Source: Eledone cirrhosa
Taxonomy: Eukaryota
Length of the DNA: 64,000 nucleotides
Direction of reading: 5' to 3'
Assembly: GCA_964016885.1 (NCBI GenBank)
Contig: OZ024743.1
Span: forward strand, 14,136,001-14,200,000
Shown: positions 53,199 through 64,000 of the stretch, one piece after another
How positions within the stretch are numbered: position 1 is the stretch's first letter
How the letters are laid out: every line of letters begins with the position of its first letter
Notes under the pieces: generated by a model
What the model saw: only the letters and a program-made list of their open reading frames with translations
Database searches by the model: none
What the model was told of the DNA's origin: nothing
Position numbers and translations under genes: made by a program

Positions 53199-53457
53199 TA
53201 TCACATAAGAAACGGAGAATCAGTGTTGCGACGAATAACATTTATTAGATATATTACAATCCTTTCTCTGGCTTGAGGCACGATTTTTGGAAACTCTGCT
53301 CCGTAGAATCGAGACGTATTTGAAGACCTTGCGATTTCAGAGTCAGGTTCGATCATTACATAGATCGTGCCTCTAGCTGTTCGCTAGAGAAACGAATGTA
53401 ATATGTCTAATAAATCTTAATTCGTCGCAAAACTGATTCTCCGTTTCTTATGTGATA
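53199..53457. repeat. Inverted repeat (~60-bp arms 53199-53258 and 53397-53457) enclosing an HHR-like motif
   Basis: Arms are near reverse complements. The spacer and arm junction read gacgtat-TTGAAGA..GAAA-cgaatg-TA-atatgtc. Confidence 0.7.
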
Positions 53458-53526
53458 TATTACCTTGGGAGAGCATCGTGTGCTCAAACGGCCTACCGTA
53501 TACGGTCGCTTTAAGCATCCCACACC

Positions 53527-53612
<86 letters not shown>

Positions 53613-53619
<7 letters not shown>

Positions 53620-53959
53620 GTGAGTTTTTTTTTACAATATGAAAAATAACCGAGGTGTCCAACACGAGTGAAAGTACAAAGAAAAAATGATGAAATCGAA
53701 AATGCAACTGGAGTCTTATTTTTAAAATAATATATATATTTATTTGGTTCCTTTACCGGTTTCACAGTTCTTCTGCTTTTCAAAAGTAGAGTTGAAATGG
53801 AGGGTCTTTGGTTTGTCTGTGAGAAGATCACAGACCCTCCATCTCAACTGTACTTTTGAAAAGCAGAAGAACTGCGAAACCGGTAAAGAAACCAAATGGA
53901 TATATATATATATTTTTTTAAATAAGACTCCAGTTGTATTTTCGATTTCATCTTTTTTT

Positions 53960-53963
<4 letters not shown>
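53613..53963. mobile_element. Inverted pair of short pLTR ends of the Neptune-like family, each with the U3-A8 HHR (53750-53787 minus; 53853-53888 plus)
   Basis: 53613-53820 matches 10375-10580, and 53829-53963 is an inverted copy. (TA)n on both flanks. Confidence 0.85.
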
Positions 53964-54028
<65 letters not shown>

Positions 54029-55457
54029 TTACAGTAATAAAAGTTCAGTTTAAGTCATTTATTTGCTTACAATTGTTTCCTCCAAACCGAGGTCTGGTTT
54101 CTTCGGAGAAACTATTTAGTGATCTATAACATACTTGACCTCCTTTTCAACACAAGAGACATATAAAAACATATGCACATATTGATCCACAGTGGGATGA
54201 CATCCATCAAAATGATATAGCATGGCAATTTACATATAAAGGTTAAAGGATAAAGATAAAAATAAAAATAAAAATAAAATAAAAATAAAAATAAAAATGA
54301 AGCATTGGCAGTCTATGAAGATAAAGCAAGAGGAAAGTTTAGAGTAGTCAGTGTTGAAACAATCTCACGTGTAGCATGCACGCGTGTCTTATTTATACAG
54401 GATTAGAGTGCGTCAGAATGTTACTTGCAGGGTCAGGCAGTTGAAGCAGGCAATCGAGGATATCATCTGGATATGAACCCCTTTAGTACTTATTAATAGA
54501 CTCCACTCTAATTTGTAGATAAGATACCTAATTTAATTTATATATGAGATAAGAGTCTATCTAATGCTTGATGACCAGACTGGTGTCTTTATATGAGAGA
54601 TTTGTTCTCCAGACCACCCTGGAGATATTCAGATTTACCAAGGATTCAGACATACAATGACCCAGAGCTTACCGGGAGTCACATATGGAGGAATTACACT
54701 TACAAAGAACATTGATTTGGGGGTCTGACTCTTCTTATAGAATGTTCAGATATGACACCCCTTAATAGAAGGTAATCATCCTGATATATACACGTTTAGT
54801 ACTTCTTAATAGACAACACTGTAACCTATAGATAAGTAACATAATCTAGAAATTAGTTATAGCATCATATGATAGGCACTTATTTGAAACACCATTAATG
54901 TAATTTAGGATAATAAATTTAACTAAGTAAACCAACTAGTTACCTCCCCTTACGCATTCATTCCCCTTGGTCATACACACACTTCCGGTATATAGTATCA
55001 TCACACAAAACTAAACAACATGATCTATTAATTAAGAATCGACAAGATACGTTTTATAACTTGGTTATATGCCGAACCATCGTGAATAATATGATAGACC
55101 CGTGCTCTATATATTGCGTCTCATGGATTATGTGAGTGGTGGCGTGCGCGAAGACAGTGGTACTGTTTTGCCTACGATATAATGTTTTATAATATGTTTG
55201 ATATTTTTGATATTTTGGTGTTTCTCTACATTCGGGACTGTATATCATACAGGTGTATGAGAAAAAATGATTTAATAATTCAGCCCACATAATAATATCG
55301 ATTGCCTGCTTCAACTGCCTGACCCTGCAAGTAACATTCTGACGCACTCTAATCCTGTATAAATAAGACACGCGTGCATGCTAAACGTGAGATTGTTTCA
55401 TACACTGACTACTCTAAACTTTCCTCTTGCTTTATCTTCATAGACTGCCAATGCTTC

Positions 55458-55704
55458 ATTTTTATTTTTATTTTTATTTTTATTTTTATTTTTATTTTTA
55501 TTTTTATTTTTATTTTTATTTTTATTTTTATTTTTATTTTTATTTTTATTTTTATTTTTATTTTTATTTTTATTTTTATTTTTATTTTTATTTTTATTTT
55601 TATTTTTATTTTTATTTTCATTTTCATTTTCATTTTTATTTTTATTTTTATTTTTATTTTTATTTTTATTTTTATTTTTATTTTTATTTTTATTTTTATT
55701 TTTA
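55458..55704 (+). repeat. (TTTTTA)n hexanucleotide expansion
   Basis: About 41 units, a few of them TTTTCA. Confidence 0.95.
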
Positions 55705-55849
55705 TCTTTATCCTTTAACCTTTATATGTAAATCGCCATGCTATATCATTTTGATGGATGTCCTCCCACTATGGATCAATATGTGCATATGTTTTTATAT
55801 GTCTCTTGTGTTGAAAAGGAGGTCAAGTATGTTATAGATCACTAAATAG

Positions 55850-55898
55850 TTGCTCCGAAGAAACCAGACCTCGGTTTGGAGGAAACAATTGTAAGCAA
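55850..55898 (+). ncRNA. Minimal hammerhead ribozyme, U4C core variant
   Basis: ttgct-CCGAAGA-aa-ccagacc-tc-ggtttgg-ag-GAAA-caattg-TA-agcaa. Confidence 0.65.
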
Positions 55899-56266
55899 AT
55901 AAATGACTTAAACTGAACTTTGATTATTGTAATCTCTATATAACTGCTCTGTAAAACAACCGATGTTATTACATTGAGCTATTTATCTTACTGGTAATAA
56001 GATAGTAATTAATGACTATCTTTCACTATTTAGGGTTTGTATAAAAAATATATAACCATAAAAGGTTTTATTACATACATAACCATAAATAGTATCCTTA
56101 ATACTATATATATATATATATACTGGACATCAGGAAAAATTAAGCAGGTCTTCCTGACGATTGAATAATTTATTGATGCCGATTTACTATACACTACATC
56201 ACCACAATGCATTGCTATTACGTATATCATTCTAGAGATATGGGAGACCTTCACCCTTTACCCCAT

Positions 56267-56774
<508 letters not shown>

Positions 56775-58369
56775 GTAGTTCTTTGTAAATATTATTTTTA
56801 TCAATATTTTGCCAGACATAATGGCTGGTTAGTCTGAACATCCGAATTTATAACATATAAATTGAAGCGGTTTGCGTTGTCTTCAACTATTTTTTTTTTT
56901 TTTTTTTTGGTGGGTGTGTTATACATACCAACACGTCAATTCTCGAATTGGCTCACTCTTTATTTAGATATATCACTAATCGTGTATTATTACTACTATC
57001 GAACATTATTCCAACTTGAAAGCTTACAAAATTTTGTAGCACCACTGTGTGAAAGTAGTCTGGTTTTTTGTTTGCAGTCTTTTTTCTTCTGTTGTTTCAG
57101 GAAATGTGTTTCCTTTGTTTCAGACATATTTCCCTTATAGCTTAAGCGAAAACCTATCTGGAATATGAGGTACAATATAATGAGACGGAAACAAAATCAG
57201 CCAAGAATGTTGTCAGCCGTCTCAAGTAGAATGTACAGAAGAAAGGATCTGGGTAAAATGTAATAGGTATGAGTAATTTAACAAATACCCACCAGTATCT
57301 GCTCCCTATCAGTACATGTATGTACATATTGACTGACTCGATAGGAACTGCTTCTCCATTAAATTACCAGCCCACATGCACCATCCGTCAAGATAAACTG
57401 TTTAACACGCCAGCCCTTTCATAATAAATATGATGTCCAGAAATCAGGATTCGTAGTAACTTATCTGCGGCTATCTCCTTGCGTTTATTAAAGCGGGATA
57501 TTAACAGTGAACAGTCACAGGATTTCGGAACCCATGCGAATGTCATGTTTATTATCTGATCCTTTTATATCAATCCAATAAAATAATATAAGACTACAGA
57601 CGAATATCAAAGTGAGGAGAAAATATATTTAATGGATAGTTGTTATATATATACACCCACACATTTTAGAAATGTGGAAATGTAAACACATTTTTTGCAA
57701 CAATAATTACAGATCGGAAAAAATACTCATGTGTACAGAAATTAAGTGGCCAATATTCATAAAAATGAATCGAACTATGTAGCCCTTAAACGTTGATTTA
57801 CCCTTTGTGTTGCCGGAGCAAGGTAGATGGCGACAGTCACCACCTTTAAAGTTCATAACTAAAGTCGTTCAAATATGTATTCGTATGCATATCGTATATT
57901 ATTATATACACAAACTTTCATACAAGTACGTATACAGCTATGTAGGAGAACACTATTTCAAACTTAATTTCATTTCTTGTTCAGGCCGAGCCAGCCTAGA
58001 AGTTCCGTATGCAAACGGGGCTCTCCGCACAAGAGTTGAAACTATATATATGCTTATTTGAGTTACAATATGGGGAAAGGAAAATACTGCGTAAACATGA
58101 CAACGGCAACACAGCCAGAACCAGTTACCGCTTGTTCCCCACCATACTTCTGCTGGAACAAGGCTTTCAAGTGTTTATTCGTAAATATACCGTGTATTAT
58201 TTGTTATGCAACTCTACATACAAACACATATTTGAATTAATGAATGTCGAATGCTTCGCTTCTGACTATGAGTGGGAAAAAGATTTTTCCTCTTTAATGC
58301 GGTGGCACACCCTGATGTGTTGTAGAGGCCAAACTTTAACCTGCAGACATTTGGGGTAAGTATGTACTT

Positions 58370-58907
58370 GATCAGTAAGTGATTGGGTGACGGTCAGCTT
58401 TCTTCTTCGGTTTGTCTTTAATGCCACCTTTCTGCTCTCTTCAAAGCTGGCTACAGCAGTTTTGAAGGTCACTCTCCATTACTCTCTAAACTCTGCAGGG
58501 TGATCCGTTTCATTATGATCAATATTGCCTTGAACAAGCTGGCCATGCTTTGGTCCTTGCTGCGGTTACATTGGTGCCCCTTAGTTTCATTTGGCGTGAC
58601 GTAGTGTGCCGTAGAAAATCGCCTTTACATCGCCTGATTCATCCATGATCGAGATATGGCCTGCCGAATGGAGCTGACACAGCGTCAGCATGTTCTCAGT
58701 GCTTGTGATATTGAGCCACTTGAGAAATTCCTCGTTTCTTACATTGGCCTGCTAACAAATGCCTATAATGGATGGAAGATGTTGCAGATTGGATATTTCC
58801 ACTAGCTTGATCTTCTTCCAATACAGGACCCAAGCTTGAACTCCGTAGAGAAGCGTGGTGTTGTAATAACTCTGTAGACTCTGTGAGGCGGGCGTAGAAA
58901 GTTGTTC

Positions 58908-58908
<1 letters not shown>
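58370..58908 (-). mobile_element. Degenerate RTE-like LINE 3' region
   Basis: YYNTTLLYGVQAW..K.V....Q.L.SI.GI...VRNEE.L, followed by G.RN..RTK-like remnants. Confidence 0.55.
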
Positions 58909-58953
<45 letters not shown>

Positions 58954-58959
58954 AGTGAG

Positions 58960-58990
<31 letters not shown>

Positions 58991-59011
58991 TAATTATATA
59001 TATATTATTAT

Positions 59012-59044
<33 letters not shown>

Positions 59045-59280
59045 GCTTCTGTCTTTGCGTGTAATTGTTTTTCACCACTCCAAATAATGACGTATTATAT
59101 TCGTTTTTTTCCCGTTCTTTGCCAGGGAACGTTTCCACGAACCAAAGTATTGTCTTCCTCCGGTTGCAACGTTTTTTGAAATATTCACTTTTGCGTTCAC
59201 AGATTGACTTTGCTAGTTTCAGAATATCCCGTCAAGGGTGAAAGCAGCGATTCGTTGCTTAAACTTTAATCTGTTATTTT

Positions 59281-59331
<51 letters not shown>

Positions 59332-62300
59332 ATATATACTCCTCGCTTCATCAAGCGTTTAAAGTGGACGATAAGGTTATCGACAGTTAAATATCCTGCT
59401 TTTAAGGACAGTTCAGGTAGCTGAGCATTAAAATTCAAACTTAGAAAATATCAAGGCTATGAATTCACATTTATTCTTTCACTTCTACGTTTGATTCAAT
59501 AGGGTTGTAATTGTATATTACCTACAATCCGTATATCTAAAGGACATGTATAGAGAATGAATACGGTGTAAAATGTATTTAACAAAACCACAAGTTTTAA
59601 AGAACTAGTAAAAGAAAAAAACAGTATCAAATATATGTAGCGTACAGCAAGCACATTTTTATAAAGGCATGTTTTGCAGATGGAACCTTTTTTTAAATGC
59701 AATATATATATATACATACATACGTAACGAAGGTCACAATGTCCTCAATGTCTTTGAATGGCAGATGGTACGTCCAACTGGTAATCGGAATAGAAATCTG
59801 TTCATATGTTATTCGAAAAATAATTGTGGTTCCTAATATTTTACCTACTGGAAAAAGGAGTGCGATTAGAAATTGTGATCTTCATTGGCAAGCTAACACA
59901 GACTAGATGCAATATTTTCCAGAACTTTCATTATATCATTACATCACAATATTAAACTAATTCCCACCTACAATTTGCAGCATTCTTCGACATTTTGTAA
60001 TTCAGTTATAGAATTATGTGATCTATATCAACATATTTTTTATTTTGCGATTGAGATCTTTATTAACTTATGTGTAATTTCATTGGCAGTGTGTCATCAT
60101 GCAAGGAATATTATTTGATATTACGTATCAGTGTCTTCAAGGCCCTAAAATATCTGAATGTTAACATTTGATTATTATCATTTATTTTCTGTAGTTCGTG
60201 TTTTTTTTTTCCTTTTCATTGTATGTTTATATTCTATTTTTTTTTTTCTGTTTGAAATTTAGTTCAGTTTCTTTGAAACATATCTAATGTTATCGAACGT
60301 AACAGAACAGCATATAGAACACAGATTTTCTGATCCTTTCGATTTTATTTTTTATGAAAATAGCGAAAGAACGTTTAGAGGGAAATAAAGTTAATATGTC
60401 ATTCTAACAGAAATTATTTTCCACTTAAACATTTGAACTAATGTTACTGACACAATAAATCATCGTCAACTATATTCATTAAAAAAAGCTGCTTAACTAA
60501 TTAGTGTACTTTTTTGTAATAATAGTATTGCAAATCTCACAATTTATTGTTTTGGTACAGGAATATCATATTTAATATAGTATCATCAACAGCAAGTGTA
60601 AAATATTATGCAGGGCCCAATCAACAGCAACTAAATGGACAAAAGAAATTGGTCATCAATTTGACTTCTCTTAAACAGAACTAATTCACTTCCGTAATCT
60701 GGAACCTATCAATTATCAATGTGATACAATATTCTTAATGAATTAACTATGAATACCGCAAAAATCTATAAAGCTTATAAGTATGTGGTTTCAAATTCAC
60801 ATAAAGTGTGAACATCCTTGGAAGCCTCACCGAATAGAATGGCCTCAACACTTGAAATTGTACAATAAGTGAGCCATCAGCACTCAATGTTTTTTATGAC
60901 AACGGGTTTGGGGTACAGAAGTACTAGCTACCTTCAAGCGCCCGATATTGGCAAAACTATATTGGTATATCCACGATACACATGAAAGATAGCTATTCCT
61001 TACGAAGCTGTGTTAACCCCTACTCACTTGTTGATAGAAGACTCTAGGAAATGCAAATGCTAATTGATCAGCTTATATGCATAGAAACGACCATGGGTAG
61101 AACAATTAAAATCTTTTGAATTATCTATTAAAAACTAAGAAGATGTGTAAAATTATTCAATAAAATTATCACAAATTCAATCAATTTTAACAACTATGTT
61201 AGTTAAACAGATGGGGAACATTTAGATAGGGAATAAGAGTGTGTTGTTACTTGGTCGGTCAAAAGAATAGTAGAGATGTTAGCTTCATATTATATAGGGA
61301 TTTCACAATATGTCATATAGAGTATTAGTGATGTATATTATTCATAGTTTCAGGAAAGAACATTCCATGGGGGAAAAAAAGGCTTTGATAGTTCATTGGA
61401 GGTAGCACATCTTGATGTAAAATAAACACTGTTGGGTTAGCGATATTAAGATAGCGCTGTTATAGATAACTATCTCTCAAATAACGATAAATAAATGTCA
61501 TTGATTTTGTTACCAGACTATACAGATATTAGATGAATTAGGAAAGCAGATGAATTACTAAAGGAGGCATTATAATCAGAAATAGTAGATATAGATTACA
61601 TCCCAAATCTGAAGTAAACGAAATGATTTACCACAAATATAATTCATCAAGCGTGGGATCAATTTTGGGAAGTATCTAGAGATAAGCTTTCACACTTCAA
61701 TCCTCCACGTTCTCAACGAAATCTGCCTGGTTAAAAAAATCTGATATGTCAAACTATATCAGACACATAACAATGTTAATATAGAAAACAATATGTTGGA
61801 TACCATTGAACTACATTTATCACGAAGAGGTGGTAATGTCTCACCCTTTAATTTTATTACAGTGACCTCGCAAAACTCGTCGGCACTAAGTGTTGTAATG
61901 TAAGAACTTCCAGCCTGAGAGAGAGGACACCTTGTATCCAATCATGAAATTCAATATTTTAGACAAACAATATTGTAAACGATCAACGAAATATAAACGA
62001 ATACATTAATACATTAAGTACGTGTACATGGCGGCTACAAAACGATTTAAAAGCCCAAACATCTAATTGCTTTATAGATTCCCTGTGTTCCCTTTTATCT
62101 TTTTTCCTATTGTTTATGTGCTTACTTTACCTCCAGTGAGTCTTGCACACATTGTTTTCTTTTTTTTTACTTTCAACATCAATGTGACCACCAAGAGCAC
62201 CGGGAACACGTAGATAAGAACTGGGACGAGGTAACGAACAGGATTGTCACCCCTAGCTAGAAATAGGCCGTCGAGGAAGCTTTTCGAATGTTAGTGCAAA

Positions 62301-62969
62301 TGTCTCGGACGCATACATCACATCCGTCATCTATACCATCCTGGTCGTCTTGACTTGCACTAATTCGCTCATCACGAACCTGGAGCACCTGCGGTTTCAC
62401 TTATTCTGGAAAGGAAAATTACAACTGGTCAGAAGTCCCATCTGCTGCCAACAATCATACATAGAGGACTTAGGATTCAGTGGCTATAGAGGCGCCAACG
62501 TACATTGAGGCAACATCAACTGCAAATATTCCTGAATAGTGAACAGATGCGATCGCTCTTTGCCAGATACGTCTTTTCACATTACGCTTCTTTGGATATG
62601 TATGGCAATCAAATAGTGAGACTAATCCCTTGTTGTTACGCAGTGCCAGCATAATACCAATCGAGCAATGCGGTTAGTCGAAATTCCACGTTAGCATTCT
62701 CTACTTGACTATTGCTGTACAGGTGGGACGACGTTCTCGGCGAACCTCTCGACAAGAACAAACTAACCAGTCTGTTCACTGATTTAAAAATGACAGACGG
62801 TTGAATGAAAATATTTTATTGACATGGTGGTTAGTCATTTCCTCAAATCTACTGGTATTCCCATAAGTTTATTTAGATCAAATGAACTCTGCGATAGATT
62901 CTATCTAGATCGAAAATATTAGGCTCTATTCTCAACACACACACACACGCACACACATACATAGACACA

Positions 62970-63026
<57 letters not shown>

Positions 63027-63079
63027 GTGTGTGTGTGTGTATATATGGAGGTGTATGCATGGATATACCCTCTCCGAAT

Positions 63080-63340
63080 TGAGAGATCACAGCTCCGTTA
63101 CTATATATGGTTATAATATCTCATGATAGAAACGCTGGACAGATATTTCAGGCGAAACCAACAGGTAGTAAATCTAGAGCTAGACCGCAAGCAGGATCGT
63201 TGGACAGCATCAATGAACTTGGTTGGTCATGCTTGGGGATCTGGCCGGATCGGTTGGAGATGGTTGATTCTGACAGGACCTGCTGGAAGGAGTGTTTGAG
63301 GACCCCACCCCCGACTCTCTCAGGAATAAGTGGGCGAAGA
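63080..63340 (+). mobile_element. Degenerate RTE-like LINE 3' end
   Basis: QIFQAKPTGSKSRARPQ..LDSI.ELGWSCLGI..LEMV.SDR..W. Confidence 0.5.
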
Positions 63341-64000
63341 AAACAAGAAATATTTGTATAAACCAACTTATGTCCTTCAAGTTACGTTCCACTCTTCTAG
63401 AAATGGAGGGAATGTTTTGGGCAATGCTGTTCTCGATATACAAATAAGACTGGTTTGTTGGTTACAATAGTTATACCATTTAAAGTAAGTTAAGATCACA
63501 TCCATGCCACAGTGTTGATGGTACAACACGTATTTACATTCAATGTGGTATTATGTAATCAACGACATGAACAGTTCCGTTTGTCATTGCATATTCAGCA
63601 ATTTCTTTAACGGAATCACCGTATTTTGCAGTGTCGGTTGCAGGTTACATTGTGCTTCTTATTTCCGTCTACATTAACACTTCTCCTGTAAACATATCAT
63701 TCTTTCTTAACTACATTATTAATGCTTTATACCTTTTCGCAATTCAATGTCCAGGAACTATTTAGAATGTTCATTATAACTCTTGTCTCCTCTTAGCATA
63801 CAAATTTATTCTATTTTGTACAATGAATTTCTGTCGATTGGCACACTAGATTGTAAAGTTATTAGTTTACCTCGTTTTATAATTAATTATAATTTGATAG
63901 CATAAGGAGGTGGAAGTATACTCAAAGCATTCCAAGTCAGTGAACCACACTCTTGCTTAGTTTGTAGCCATTCCTTTTAAGGTCAGTACATAATAGCAGC

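Larger units (their letters stand above)
54027..55934. mobile_element. Non-coding PLE-type insertion with inverted arms (54027-54457 and 55298-55934), HHR in each arm
   Basis: Arms are reverse complements. 54460-55934 is homologous to the reverse complement of 29270-30540. CCGAAGA-core HHRs at 54063-54111 (minus) and 55850-55898 (plus). Confidence 0.8.

Noticed and set aside
55374-55837. Poly-FI, poly-YF and poly-KI ORFs
   Set aside because: Translations of (TTTTTA)n.
60500-62800. Faint LINE-like remnants (e.g. KAFD-like at about 61380), also 34200-35200 and 63450-64000
   Set aside because: Too degenerate to assign boundaries or family by eye.

Overview
AT-rich, microsatellite-dense eukaryotic DNA, most likely an octopod cephalopod judging by a recurring tRNA-derived SINE that resembles octopus SINEs (from memory, unverified). 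No host protein-coding gene can be supported; the window is a nest of transposons. Contents: (i) at least five coding Penelope-like elements (PLEs; RT + GIY-YIG) from three lineages, including a near full-length Neptune-like element (10375-16420, minus) with 1.37-kb direct pLTR repeats; (ii) a chain of three R4/Dong-type RLE LINE copies joined by (TAA)n, one with an open 1130-aa ORF; (iii) three stacked 5'-truncated L1/Tx1-like copies; (iv) a decayed RepHel Helitron and a complete non-autonomous Helitron; (v) SINEs and RTE-like remnants. Three things stand out. First, the Neptune-like PLE has a separate 400-aa coiled-coil ORF1 that overlaps the ATG-less RT-EN frame in the -1 frame, with a U_UUU_UUA slippery heptamer in the overlap, suggesting a gag/pol-like programmed frameshift. 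Second, there are about 20 minimal hammerhead ribozyme (HHR) motifs from about 9 unrelated repeat families, with a compensatory U3-A8 core, a U4C core and very long stem II insertions. Third, several non-coding HHR-bearing elements are inverted or palindromic, including a 2.3-kb divergent tandem array and a 199-bp perfect palindrome, and most sit in (TA)n tracts. All RNA structures were paired by eye, not computed.
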